64,000 bases of DNA, taken from the IMG/VR virus record IMGVR_UViG_3300018050_001813, positions 1 to 64,000 of that record. One strand, written 5' to 3'. This document shows, piece after piece, positions 1 through 9,098 of the stretch. This DNA is from an uncultured virus (IMG/VR IMGVR_UViG_3300018050_001813) (Duplodnaviria; Heunggongvirae; Uroviricota; Caudoviricetes). The first letter of the stretch is position 1. Each line of letters starts with the position of its first letter. Below the pieces are notes generated by a model that was not told the DNA's origin, made no database searches, and worked only from the letters and a program-made list of their open reading frames with translations. The position numbers were made by a program, and so were the translations under genes.

Positions 1-1
1 T

Positions 2-232
2 ACAAAATCTCACATTGTAGTAGCTAAGCAGGGGGATCAAATTAAGACAATACGTTTTGGTCAACAGGGTGTCAAAACAAATCAAACTGTTGGTCAGAGA
101 AAAGCTTTTGCCTCACGCCATGCAAAGAATATTTCCAAAGGCAAGATGTCGGCTGCATACTGGGCCAATAAAGTTAAATGGAGCCCCAGCAAAACTCAGT
201 CACCCTCAAAGAAATGGGTTAAGGGATCTTGA
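2..232 (+). CDS. Partial (5'-truncated) small basic phage protein
   Basis: Translated by hand: TKSHIVVAKQGDQIKTIRFGQQG...SRHAKNISKGKMSAAYWANKVKW...KGS*; not in the ORF track. Confidence 0.75.
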   Translation, partial: TKSHIVVAKQGDQIKTIRFGQQGVKTNQTVGQRKAFASRHAKNISKGKMSAAYWANKVKWSPSKTQSPSKKWVKGS

Positions 233-233
233 C

Positions 234-497
234 ATGGAAGCCATCATTGTTGCTGTCATCGCTGCTGTAGGCGGAATTCTTGCAGCTCTTGTTCAGAAAA
301 GTAGAGCTGAAAATAAAAATGATCACAATGTTGTTGCAACAATGCTGATAGATGTTAAGGATGAAATACTTAATTTACATCATAAGATAGATCATGTTGA
401 CGAACAGGTGGACAAGGTAGATGATCAAATGCATGATCATATGATGTGGCATTATAAGAAATCAAGCGAAAACAAAAGCAAAGTAAAGGGGGTGTAA
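234..497 (+). CDS. Small membrane protein with N-terminal TM helix and coiled coil (holin-like)
   Basis: Likely start MEAIIVAVIAAVGGILAALV at ATG 234, right after the upstream stop; the ORF-track extension to 57 overlaps that gene. Confidence 0.6.
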   Translation: MEAIIVAVIAAVGGILAALVQKSRAENKNDHNVVATMLIDVKDEILNLHHKIDHVDEQVDKVDDQMHDHMMWHYKKSSENKSKVKGV

Positions 498-499
498 TT

Positions 500-622
500 A
501 TGTCTGGTCATACTGGTATGGGTAAGAAAAAAATGGGTGGATCCAAGAAAATGGGCACTAAGAAGATGGGCGCCAAGAAAATGGGCGGTTCCAAGAAAAT
601 GGGTGGTAAGAAGATGTACTGA
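500..622 (+). CDS. 40-aa Lys/Met/Gly repeat protein (KKMG repeats)
   Basis: Translated by hand: MSGHTGMGKKKMGGSKKMGTKKMGAKKMGGSKKMGGKKMY*; G-rich RBS upstream; synonymous variation between repeats. Confidence 0.7.
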   Translation: MSGHTGMGKKKMGGSKKMGTKKMGAKKMGGSKKMGGKKMY

Positions 623-662
623 AATTAATTTTCAGTCTTAGTTTAAGATTAAGGTAATAATT

Positions 663-794
663 ATGGCAATGAAGAAGAAAGCAAGTGCTGCAAAAGGATC
701 AACTTCAAAAAAGATGGCTGGCCTTACTCCAGCTCAGAAGAAGCTTCCTCCATTTATTCAGTCAGCAATATTAAAAAAGAAAAAGAAAAAGTAA
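663..794 (+). CDS. 43-aa Lys-rich protein
   Basis: Translated by hand: MAMKKKASAAKGSTSKKMAGLTPAQKKLPPFIQSAILKKKKKK*; AAGGT RBS. Confidence 0.7.
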   Translation: MAMKKKASAAKGSTSKKMAGLTPAQKKLPPFIQSAILKKKKKK

Positions 795-810
795 TCTAAT
801 CATTTCAATT

Positions 811-849
811 AAAGAGGGTTATGGTAAAAACGCCATAGCCTTCTTTTTT
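811..849 (+). terminator. Rho-independent terminator
   Basis: aaagagggttatgg...ccatagccttc hairpin followed by a T-run. Confidence 0.6.
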
Positions 850-900
850 ATTTGTATCATTACTATATCTTCTGCGGACAACTTAAAGATCGAGGGAGAT

Positions 901-2244
901 ATGTCTAAATTTAAAAACATCTTATCAGTATTATCAATTACTCTAGGTATCGGACTGCTTATCAGTCCAGTTAGCAATTCATCCGTGGCCCTAGCTACCA
1001 GTGGTGGTGGTGGCCCAATTGTGTTGGATGGAATGGATCCAGTTTGCCACTCTGGATGGGAAAGTACTGGTCAATATATAGCCAAGGTTTTAAAGAAGGT
1101 GCATGATGGTGCGCGAAATTTAAATAATGGACATATCGCCATTGTTGGCTCAAACGCTACTACAACCTCATGTGGAGCTGACTGGGCTACCCAATTAAGT
1201 ACACAGTTTTTAGCTGAATTTTCTACTGCACCTCAGATTGATTTTTATGTTACAGATTCAGAAATAAGCACATTCTTCAGTAGCACAATCACCTCTAATC
1301 CTCCAGCGGTATTATGGATACCGGACAACTGGAATCGCGCTTCCAGTACAGAAGATATTTTTACAGCCAACGCAGAAAAGATAGCAGACTTTGTCAATGG
1401 TGGCGGTGGTCTTTTTGCTAACTTTGGTTCATATGGATGGCTAACAGCCCTGTTACCGCAAGCAGTATACAATAATGGTGGATGCAACGGGGGGCCAGAA
1501 GCTACAACAGACGGTATTGCTGATTTTGGTCTTAGTAATACACTTGTCGCTGCATGCTGGCACGGTTATTTTACTGGTAATGTGGGCACATTAAAAACAC
1601 TTGTAGACTATCCATATCCTAGCGCAAGTGACTCTAGAAAGTCTGTTTCTATTGGAGGCGGAAGCGTTTCTCTTCCTAGCTCTTTTATTCTTTCTTATAG
1701 CCCTCAGCAACCTCGTGCTGGTGAGCCAATTACAATTACCGCTACTGCGCAAACTTTAGCAGGAGTTCCACAGGCTGGAGTTACGGTTTCCATGACCGTC
1801 TCCTCTGGACCAGATTCAGGGCAAACTTTTACTGCAACCACAGATTCTAATGGAATAGCTAACATTACAGTTAATACAGCATCTCAAGGTACAGCAGTGT
1901 ATACCGCTAGTGCAACGGTTAACGGTGTAGTTAAAGTTGTTTCAATTACAGTTTCCTGGGACCCTCCTGCCCCCACTACCACTATTGAAACGACAACTAC
2001 CGTTGTTGCAACTGTTCCGGAAACAACTACAACTGAACCACAAATAATTGTAGATCCAACCACAACCACAATTCATGACCATAGCACTCATGACCATGGG
2101 ACAGAGGATACCATAAGTGCACCTCTTCCAACAACTGGGCAAGATAGCAATTCTTCCATGGGCATTGGCGCTTTCTTGATTACTATAGGCATATCAATAT
2201 TTATGTTTAATCGAAAGGTTTTAAAGAATGGCAAAGCCAACTGA
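901..2244 (+). CDS. Secreted, LPXTG-anchored surface protein with Ig-like (Big_1-like) domain and Thr-rich stalk
   Basis: N-terminal signal peptide; TATTDSNGIANITV Ig-like motif; PTTT stalk; C-terminal LPTTG + hydrophobic stretch + basic tail (NRKVLK). Confidence 0.75.
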   Translation: MSKFKNILSVLSITLGIGLLISPVSNSSVALATSGGGGPIVLDGMDPVCHSGWESTGQYIAKVLKKVHDGARNLNNGHIAIVGSNATTTSCGADWATQLSTQFLAEFSTAPQIDFYVTDSEISTFFSSTITSNPPAVLWIPDNWNRASSTEDIFTANAEKIADFVNGGGGLFANFGSYGWLTALLPQAVYNNGGCNGGPEATTDGIADFGLSNTLVAACWHGYFTGNVGTLKTLVDYPYPSASDSRKSVSIGGGSVSLPSSFILSYSPQQPRAGEPITITATAQTLAGVPQAGVTVSMTVSSGPDSGQTFTATTDSNGIANITVNTASQGTAVYTASATVNGVVKVVSITVSWDPPAPTTTIETTTTVVATVPETTTTEPQIIVDPTTTTIHDHSTHDHGTEDTISAPLPTTGQDSNSSMGIGAFLITIGISIFMFNRKVLKNGKAN

Positions 2245-2440
2245 TAAAAAATGGATTCAGAAAGCAATTAAAAGACCTGGAGCTTTTACGGCTAAAGCTA
2301 AAAAAGCTGGAAAAACACCAGCAGCCTATGCGTCAGCTGTAACCAAGAATCCTGGTAGATACAGCAAGCTGACTGTCCAGCAGGCAAATTTTGCTAAGAC
2401 TTTGAAAAAGATTACAAATAAAAATAAGAAAAAGAAGTGA
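2228..2440 (+). CDS. Small basic phage protein
   Basis: KKWIQKAIKRPGAFTAKAKKAG; Lys-rich with poly-K end. Confidence 0.7.
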   Translation: MAKPTDKKWIQKAIKRPGAFTAKAKKAGKTPAAYASAVTKNPGRYSKLTVQQANFAKTLKKITNKNKKKK

Positions 2441-2457
2441 TTTAGGAGATTAAGATT

Positions 2458-3270
2458 ATGATTTATCCATACATTAAACACGTTGTCCCAACTGCATTAA
2501 AGGCGCATAAGAATGGTCAGCTTCCTGAAAATCTGCTAGCTAATGTTAAGACTGGTGGACGGATGTATGCACCTGTGGCTGAAGAGTTCAATAAGATGTA
2601 CGACGCTGCAATGGCTGCTGGTTTTAAGCTTCGCAATGTTGGAGATTATCGTTCATTTAAGAGTCAGTTGGATATGTTTCTTTCTCGCTACTCCACAACA
2701 GATCAGGGTCGTAGCCCACAGGTAACCCGTCAATATGAAGGTAAGACCTGGTATTTAAAGCCGGGTAATGCTCCGTCAGCTGCACCAGATCCCACTGGAG
2801 TCAAGGGCTCAAATCATGGTTGGGGTACAGCCATAGATCTTGGTTACGAGGCTAATGGGAAACTACAGTCAATGGGCGGAGCCTGCTTCGAGTGGATGTG
2901 CGCAAATGCTCCTAAGTGGGGCTTTTATCTTCAAACATCAGATAAGAACTCAAAAGAATTCGAAGCTTGGCACTGGCAGTACTGCCTAGGGGACGCTAAG
3001 CCAGATGGTTCAGCAGCAGCTCCAGTTGAAGCCATTGTTCCTTCCGGTGGATCAGTTGAGGCTGGCCCTATGGTATTCAATTATCCTGGAACACCAGTTA
3101 AGTTAGGCTCAAAAGGCGCAGCTGCTGCTTTAGTTCAGGGTGTTATCGGCGCTAAGACCGATGGGGACTTTGGTCCCAAGTCTGTTGAAGCCCTTAAAAA
3201 ATGGCAAGCAGCGAATGGTTTAAAGGCTGACGGTGTTGTTGGTCCGGTGACATGGGATAAAATGTTCTGA
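2458..3270 (+). CDS. Endolysin: M15/VanY-type peptidase plus C-terminal peptidoglycan-binding domain
   Basis: SNHGWGTAID (SxHxxGxAxD) and EAWHW zinc motifs; C-terminal DGDFGPKS...WQAANGLKADGVVGPVTW PG_binding_1 pattern. Confidence 0.88.
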   Translation: MIYPYIKHVVPTALKAHKNGQLPENLLANVKTGGRMYAPVAEEFNKMYDAAMAAGFKLRNVGDYRSFKSQLDMFLSRYSTTDQGRSPQVTRQYEGKTWYLKPGNAPSAAPDPTGVKGSNHGWGTAIDLGYEANGKLQSMGGACFEWMCANAPKWGFYLQTSDKNSKEFEAWHWQYCLGDAKPDGSAAAPVEAIVPSGGSVEAGPMVFNYPGTPVKLGSKGAAAALVQGVIGAKTDGDFGPKSVEALKKWQAANGLKADGVVGPVTWDKMF

Positions 3271-3461
3271 TGAAAAAAATAATACTTGTATTAACTGCAA
3301 TTGTCGGAGCTTTTTGCATGGGTCTTTTAAGTGGTTGTAACGATTCGTATCGTTACCCCTGTCAGGATCCAGCTAATTGGGAGAGTGCGGATTGTAAGCC
3401 ACCTATTTGTGAAGCTTCTGGAACATGTCCAGAGGATATTTATGGGAGTATACCAGAATGA
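3270..3461 (+). CDS. Small Cys-rich lipoprotein
   Basis: Signal peptide ending in lipobox LSGC; start overlaps the endolysin stop. Confidence 0.65.
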   Translation: MKKIILVLTAIVGAFCMGLLSGCNDSYRYPCQDPANWESADCKPPICEASGTCPEDIYGSIPE

Positions 3462-3763
3462 GTAATGTAAAAAAAAGATATACAAACAGTGAAATTAAAG
3501 CTAGAATGGTCTTCTTCGTAGGTGCAACTTTAGCTTTTACCTTTGCAGTCATAGTTGTTGGCGTTATGTATGCGCTTGTATTTGTGACTCAACCAATTGA
3601 TCAGCAGTCGCCAAATGACAAGGCCTTTATTGATTCTCTATTAGTTCCAATCGTTCTATTCCTTTCCGGATGTCTTTCCGGCGTGCTTGCAGCCAATGGT
3701 CTAAAGGACAAAGAGAAGTCAAGCGGTAGCGGCTATGGAGTATATGATCAGGATCAAGAGTAA
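3458..3763 (+). CDS. Two-TM membrane protein, possible holin
   Basis: Two hydrophobic helices; lysis-module position; likely start ATG 3458. Confidence 0.55.
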   Translation: MSNVKKRYTNSEIKARMVFFVGATLAFTFAVIVVGVMYALVFVTQPIDQQSPNDKAFIDSLLVPIVLFLSGCLSGVLAANGLKDKEKSSGSGYGVYDQDQE

Positions 3764-3939
3764 TGGCACAAAGAAGAAATGTAGCAAAAAATCCCAAGCT
3801 ATGGAGTCAAGCTAAATCTATGGCTAGATCAAAGTTTGATGTTTACCCTTCCGCCTATGCTAATGCATGGGCTGTAAAATGGTACAAGTCCAAGGGTGGA
3901 GCATGGAGAACGACATCTGCACCTAAAAAGAAAAAGTGA
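3763..3939 (+). CDS. 58-aa basic phage protein
   Basis: Translated by hand: MAQRRNVAKNPKLWSQAKSMARSKFDVYPSAYANAWAVKWYKSKGGAWRTTSAPKKKK*. Confidence 0.7.
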   Translation: MAQRRNVAKNPKLWSQAKSMARSKFDVYPSAYANAWAVKWYKSKGGAWRTTSAPKKKK

Positions 3940-3945
3940 TATACT

Positions 3946-4224
3946 ATGGCTGGACCAAAAGGTGTTGGTTTAACTAAATGGTTTAATCAGAAATGGGTTA
4001 ACATTGGTGCTCCAAAAAAGAATGGCAAGTGGCAGCCTTGTGGAACGTCTGGTAAAGGTGGCGGTTATGCAAAATGCCTTCCTGTCGCCAAAGCCAATTC
4101 ACTATCGGCTTCTCAGAGGAGAAGTGCGGTTCAACGAAAAAGGTCTCAAGGTACTCCTTCGAAAGGTGTTAAAGGACAAGCTCCAAAAAATGTTGCTACC
4201 TTTAAAAAGAAAAAGAAAAAATAA
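3946..4224 (+). CDS. Basic phage protein
   Basis: GLTKWFNQKWVNIG...PCG...YAKCLP; poly-K end. Confidence 0.7.
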   Translation: MAGPKGVGLTKWFNQKWVNIGAPKKNGKWQPCGTSGKGGGYAKCLPVAKANSLSASQRRSAVQRKRSQGTPSKGVKGQAPKNVATFKKKKKK

Positions 4225-4430
4225 TGGATGAAGTTTTTTCTGGCTTTATGCCAGCAATAAAAAATATCGAAATTACTGGTCAGACACCAATGATAACTGG
4301 AGATGGATCATTAATTAATGGACACATAGTAAAGATAACTTTGGGCGACGACAAAGAAATAATACTTTCGCTCATGGAGGATCAGCTTCAAAAATTGTTT
4401 TTTGTTATATTAAAAGTGTTAAACGCATAA
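4224..4430 (+). CDS. Hypothetical protein
   Basis: ORF coupled to the upstream stop (TAATG). Confidence 0.6.
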   Translation: MDEVFSGFMPAIKNIEITGQTPMITGDGSLINGHIVKITLGDDKEIILSLMEDQLQKLFFVILKVLNA

Positions 4431-4441
4431 TTACTTATTAT

Positions 4442-4483
4442 AATGGTGGTACGATGTGACAGTATGAGCATCGTACCACCATT
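4442..4483. terminator. Perfect 15-bp inverted repeat, probable terminator
   Basis: aatggtggtacgatg (4442-4456) / catcgtaccaccatt (4469-4483), intergenic. Confidence 0.6.
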
Positions 4484-4550
4484 TGTGTTATAATGTATAA
4501 GTATATGTAGTATTCAACCGATGTTACTCAAATAAAGAGACGGTGCTATT

Positions 4551-5309
4551 ATGGCAAAAATTTTATATTATGATATAGAAACAGCTCCAAACTTAAGTTA
4601 CGTTTGGGGTCACTTTGAGCAAAATGTTATCGAGCACGACAGAGAATGGTATCTGCTATGCGTTTCCTATAGATGGGAAGGCGACAGCAAGACACAGGTG
4701 TGTTCTTTAATTGATTTTCCTGACGCATATAAAAAAGACCCAGAAAATGATTTCTTTGTCGCCAAGAAGCTATGGGAATTAATAGATGAAGCCGATATTG
4801 TTATTGCTCATAATGGCGATAGATTTGATATGCGCAAAGCAAACGCTAGATTTGTTTATCACAATCTTGGTCCAACATCTCCAGTTAAACAAATTGATAC
4901 CTTAAAAGTTGCTAGAAGATATTTCATGTTTAATAGCAATAAGTTAGATCACCTTGGCCAGCACTTGGGTGTTGGAAGAAAAGTTGATACGGGCGGCTTT
5001 GAAACATGGGCCGGATGTATGCGTGGTGATTTGAAAGCCTGGAAACTAATGACCAAGTATGCAAAGCAGGATGTCGATTTGTTACGTAAAGTTTATATGA
5101 AGCTAAGACCTTGGATGACTAATCATCCAAATCTCAACGTTTATTCTGGCGAATGCAGTTGTCCGACATGTGGGTCAGACGACCTCCAGCGTAGAGGTCA
5201 ACGCTATACTCAAATAGGAACCTATCAACAGTGGTTCTGTAACTCATGTGGAGCATGGAGCAGAACTAGATTGTTAGAAGATGTAGAGCGCCCAGGCATA
5301 GTTCCCTGA
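4551..5309 (+). CDS. RNase H-fold 3'-5' exonuclease (DnaQ/RNase_H_2-like) with C-terminal Zn ribbon
   Basis: ExoI YDIET, ExoII AHNGDRFD, ExoIII YAKQDV; CPTC...CNSC. Confidence 0.85.
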   Translation: MAKILYYDIETAPNLSYVWGHFEQNVIEHDREWYLLCVSYRWEGDSKTQVCSLIDFPDAYKKDPENDFFVAKKLWELIDEADIVIAHNGDRFDMRKANARFVYHNLGPTSPVKQIDTLKVARRYFMFNSNKLDHLGQHLGVGRKVDTGGFETWAGCMRGDLKAWKLMTKYAKQDVDLLRKVYMKLRPWMTNHPNLNVYSGECSCPTCGSDDLQRRGQRYTQIGTYQQWFCNSCGAWSRTRLLEDVERPGIVP

Positions 5310-5317
5310 TATATTTA

Positions 5318-5408
5318 GGAGAGGTGCCAGAGCACGGTTGAATGGAACATCCTGCTAAGATGTCGACACCCTTAAAAGTGTCCGTGGGTTCAAATCCCAC
5401 CCTCTCCG
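5318..5408 (+). tRNA. tRNA-Ser(GCT)
   Basis: GGAGAGG/CCTCTCC acceptor stem; ACATC-CTGCTAA-GATGT anticodon arm; long variable arm; GGTTCAAATCC T-arm. Confidence 0.93.
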
Positions 5409-5435
5409 CAAAATGTTTTTGTAAAAAGGAAAGAT

Positions 5436-6176
5436 ATGAATAATCCAGAAGTGTCAGTTGTATTAACTAGCTATAATAAGCCAAGCTATTTAGAAAAAGC
5501 AATACATTCAGTCATTCAGCAAACCTACGATAATATTCATTTAATTATTGCAGAAGACAATTCCCCAAACACAAAAGTCATGGATGTAATTCGTGATGTT
5601 GTTGATAATTATCGTGGAGATAAAAGAATAACATTCTTTAATTCATTTATCAAAGAGCAAGATAGGTTAAATACCGCCAGATATGCTACTCAGATAAACA
5701 CCGCAGTTCGTTTATATTCAAGATCAAAATACATTTGCTATTTGGCGGACGATGACTTTTATTATCCTGAGATGATTGAGAAAATGGTTTTTTCAGCGGA
5801 AAAAAATAAACATGATGTTGTCTTCTGCGCACAACACATCCTAGATGCAGATGGCAATATTGATGGCTGGGGATTAGATGGTAGAGGCGTTAGATGGTTT
5901 AGTTCACCTTTGGAAAGAGGCGCTGATAAGTTAGACCATAATCAAGTCATGACAACTAGAAGAGTGTTTGATTTAGTAGACGGATGGGACGATCACCCGC
6001 ACGCCTGGTCCGGCGCTGATGCATACTTCTTTGATAGAATAGAAAAAAATGGATTCTTATTTCATCCAATAGATTATGATAAACCTTTGCAGGGGAAAGT
6101 TTATAGGGAAAAGTCAGTGCAGTGGAACTGCACAAACGGTTTCATGCCGACAATGGGAGAAGATAGAAATGTCTAA
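5436..6176 (+). CDS. Glycosyltransferase family 2
   Basis: VSVVLTSYN...AIHSVIQQTY...EDNS; YLADDD DxD motif. Confidence 0.88.
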   Translation: MNNPEVSVVLTSYNKPSYLEKAIHSVIQQTYDNIHLIIAEDNSPNTKVMDVIRDVVDNYRGDKRITFFNSFIKEQDRLNTARYATQINTAVRLYSRSKYICYLADDDFYYPEMIEKMVFSAEKNKHDVVFCAQHILDADGNIDGWGLDGRGVRWFSSPLERGADKLDHNQVMTTRRVFDLVDGWDDHPHAWSGADAYFFDRIEKNGFLFHPIDYDKPLQGKVYREKSVQWNCTNGFMPTMGEDRNV

Positions 6177-7044
6177 TGTATGGGCAGTTGGAATGGCAAG
6201 AGATGAGGGTGATATCATATATCACACCATGATTCATCTCGCTGCAAATAAAGTAAACGGAATTATTATTGCAGATAATTTATCCAAAGATAATACCTGG
6301 GAACAAATGAATCTAGCCAAGGAGCACATACAATCGCATGGATGCGATACTCAAGTTGTTCTTTTAAAAGATGATGTTGTCGGATATACTCAAAGTGAAA
6401 AGATGACCGCTCTAGCGCAAAGAGCTAGAGAAAATGGTGCACAGTGGATTATTCCTTTTGATATAGATGAAATTTGGTTTTCGCCAAATCAAACTCTTTC
6501 TGATGCCTTCAGTCAACTAGATGCCGAAAACGTTGACGTATATAGAACGTTATACACAAATCATTCCGTAACAGAATATGACACCCCAGGGAAATCGCCA
6601 TTTCATTCAATGCAATATAAATGGGATCTCCCAACAAACCATAAGAGCTGTTTTAGGTTTAGAAAAAACGATGCTTTTGTCAAGATTTCAAATGGAAATC
6701 ATTTTGTTCAACATAACGGTGGGAATATTGGCGCTAATGTCAACGTTTACATTGACGATTATGGTCATGATCGGATTGTTTTTGGTCCACAGATTCTTGC
6801 CATTAGACATTTCCAGTGGAGATCTCTTGATCATTTTATTAAAAAAGTGACGAATGCCTATGAAGCGTGTAAAGCTCTTCCTAGCAATCATGATTTATAT
6901 AAAGGTGCTGCATGGTGGCAAGAGTTTGAAGAATTCGAAGCAAATGGCGTACCTGGCTTAGAAAAAATGTATTACAAAAATATTTTAGTACAGGGAGATT
7001 TGGGCAGATTGATACATGACCCAGCCCCAATAATGGAGTTGTGA
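6169..7044 (+). CDS. GT2-like glycosyltransferase
   Basis: MARDEGDII, DNLSKDNT, WIIPFDIDE, IRHFQWRS; likely start ATG 6169. Confidence 0.8.
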   Translation: MSNVWAVGMARDEGDIIYHTMIHLAANKVNGIIIADNLSKDNTWEQMNLAKEHIQSHGCDTQVVLLKDDVVGYTQSEKMTALAQRARENGAQWIIPFDIDEIWFSPNQTLSDAFSQLDAENVDVYRTLYTNHSVTEYDTPGKSPFHSMQYKWDLPTNHKSCFRFRKNDAFVKISNGNHFVQHNGGNIGANVNVYIDDYGHDRIVFGPQILAIRHFQWRSLDHFIKKVTNAYEACKALPSNHDLYKGAAWWQEFEEFEANGVPGLEKMYYKNILVQGDLGRLIHDPAPIMEL

Positions 7045-7700
7045 TGAATAAAGTTTCTTTGATAATAATAACTGACGGCAGACAAGCATGTATTTCTGAA
7101 ACAATACCGTCCATGCGTAAAAATTTAAACTATAATTTTTATGAGAAAATAATAATTAATGATTCAGCGGATCCCAGATATCATCAATATCTAATGTCTA
7201 ACTATCCGGATTTTCGTATAGTTTCACATGAAACTAGAAGAGGTTTAGCTGGAGCAGTACAGTCGGCATGGGCGTCTGTCTCTCGTAATTCAGACTATGT
7301 CTTTCATTTAGAAGATGACTTTTTATTTAATCAACCAGTTAGCATTGAAGATTTTATATCACTTCTGGAAGCTAATCCTCATCTTGTTCAAATGGCTTTA
7401 GTCCGCGCACCAGTTAATCCACCAGAGGAAGAGGTAGGCGGATTTGTTTTTCAACACCTTGAGGACTATCATCAGAAAGATGATTACTTTGAACACGCTA
7501 GATTATTTACTTTGAATCCATGTTTATATCCTATGTCTACAATCAAAATGGGTTGGCCAGACCATGGTGGTGAATCTGAATTTACTTCAAAGGTTCATTC
7601 ATTAAATAATAGTTATAGATTTGGTTTTTATGGAAATATATATGATAAACCTTATGTAACACATATAGGCGGAAGAAGAAGTGAAGGATGGTTCCTATAA
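7041..7700 (+). CDS. GT2-like glycosyltransferase
   Basis: IIINDS, GLAGAV, YVFHLEDDF, THIG. Confidence 0.8.
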   Translation: MMNKVSLIIITDGRQACISETIPSMRKNLNYNFYEKIIINDSADPRYHQYLMSNYPDFRIVSHETRRGLAGAVQSAWASVSRNSDYVFHLEDDFLFNQPVSIEDFISLLEANPHLVQMALVRAPVNPPEEEVGGFVFQHLEDYHQKDDYFEHARLFTLNPCLYPMSTIKMGWPDHGGESEFTSKVHSLNNSYRFGFYGNIYDKPYVTHIGGRRSEGWFL

Positions 7701-8423
7701 ATGAAAAAAGAAATTACAGTTACAAAAAATAATTTTATATTCAATGTAATAGACGACGATTTATTCCATAGACCACCAGGTTTTGACTATTGGGAAAAAT
7801 TCTATCCAGATTCAGAGCCTTCTGTATTCAGAGCATATGACAAATATTTGAATAAACAAAAAGACTTCTTAGACATAGGTGCGTGGATTGGTCCAAACAC
7901 TCTATATGCAGCGGAGCTTTCCAGAAAAGTAATAGCTGTTGAACCAGATCCAGTTGCTTTTAGTTTCTTAAAGAAAAACGTAGAAGCTAATCAATTTAAA
8001 AATGTTACTCTTTTAGAAAAAGCGTTTTCTTCAAGCAAGCAAGTAGCAATAGATCCTAGTGTAGAACTGGGTGACTCAATGACGAGAGTATTGGATTCTG
8101 TTGATCCAGGTAGGGAAATAGTAGATGGGGTTGATATGGAAGAGCTTCTTTCCTTAGGCGATTACTCGTTAATCAAGATAGATATTGAAGGTTATGAATC
8201 AATAGCAATACCTTTTTTTGAAGAATCTTTAATGAAAGCAAAAATACCAATGGTACTGTCTTTACATACTTCTTTTAATCCGAATAGAGAAGAAGGTCAT
8301 CGTAGTTTGGTCGCATCTTTATCTAAAATATATACCCACGCTTTTGATGATTATAATAATTTTATAGAAATTAAAGACCTACCTGAAGGTTTCGGTTGTT
8401 TTTTACTTACTAATGAGGAGTAG
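7701..8423 (+). CDS. FkbM-family SAM methyltransferase
   Basis: FLDIGAWIG, AVEPDP, LIKIDIEGYE. Confidence 0.88.
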   Translation: MKKEITVTKNNFIFNVIDDDLFHRPPGFDYWEKFYPDSEPSVFRAYDKYLNKQKDFLDIGAWIGPNTLYAAELSRKVIAVEPDPVAFSFLKKNVEANQFKNVTLLEKAFSSSKQVAIDPSVELGDSMTRVLDSVDPGREIVDGVDMEELLSLGDYSLIKIDIEGYESIAIPFFEESLMKAKIPMVLSLHTSFNPNREEGHRSLVASLSKIYTHAFDDYNNFIEIKDLPEGFGCFLLTNEE

Positions 8424-8425
8424 TT

Positions 8426-9094
8426 TTGTTTATAATACCGTGTAAATTTGACTCTAATTATCCTGTGATTTTTGAATGCATTGATTCTATAATGCGTTTT
8501 CATCCAAATGAAAAAATAGTTATCGTAGATTCTGATTCAAATGATAAATCATATTTTCAAGACATAGACTCTTCAGTTGTCATATATGATGTTGAGAATA
8601 GGCATTACGCCCTAGAGGCTTATAACATAGGTTATAAAAATAATCCAGAAGAAGACTTTTATTACTGCATTCATGACTCTCTTGTATTGAAAGATAACAT
8701 TGATTTTGTAAAAAGTAGCAAACTTACTACTATAAGGTGGTGGGATTCTCCACCGGTTCCAATAGGCAGAGATGCAAATGACAATGATCTGTCTGTATGG
8801 GCTGATTCAGTTATGAGAGAGTCTTTAGGGTACGGAATACCTGGTATTTACAAGGGTGTTTTCGGCCCGATGATGTTGTGTCAAAATAAGGTAATGAAAG
8901 ATCTATTTGATTGTGGATTTTTTAATATACTTCCAAATAATAAACATGAATCATGTGCAACTGAAAGAATACTAGGAATGGTACTCGAGAATTTGGGTTA
9001 TGATGTAACAAATTCCTTACAAGGGGTTATGGGGGATTTTCATGGCTTTTATGATGAGAGATATGTTAAGAAAAACTACCTACTAAGAATGTGA
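8426..9094 (+). CDS. Glycosyltransferase-like protein
   Basis: ECIDSIMRFHPNEKIVIVDSDS, CIHDS, CATERILG; lies within the glycosylation cluster. Confidence 0.6.
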   Translation: MFIIPCKFDSNYPVIFECIDSIMRFHPNEKIVIVDSDSNDKSYFQDIDSSVVIYDVENRHYALEAYNIGYKNNPEEDFYYCIHDSLVLKDNIDFVKSSKLTTIRWWDSPPVPIGRDANDNDLSVWADSVMRESLGYGIPGIYKGVFGPMMLCQNKVMKDLFDCGFFNILPNNKHESCATERILGMVLENLGYDVTNSLQGVMGDFHGFYDERYVKKNYLLRM

Positions 9095-9098
9095 TCAT

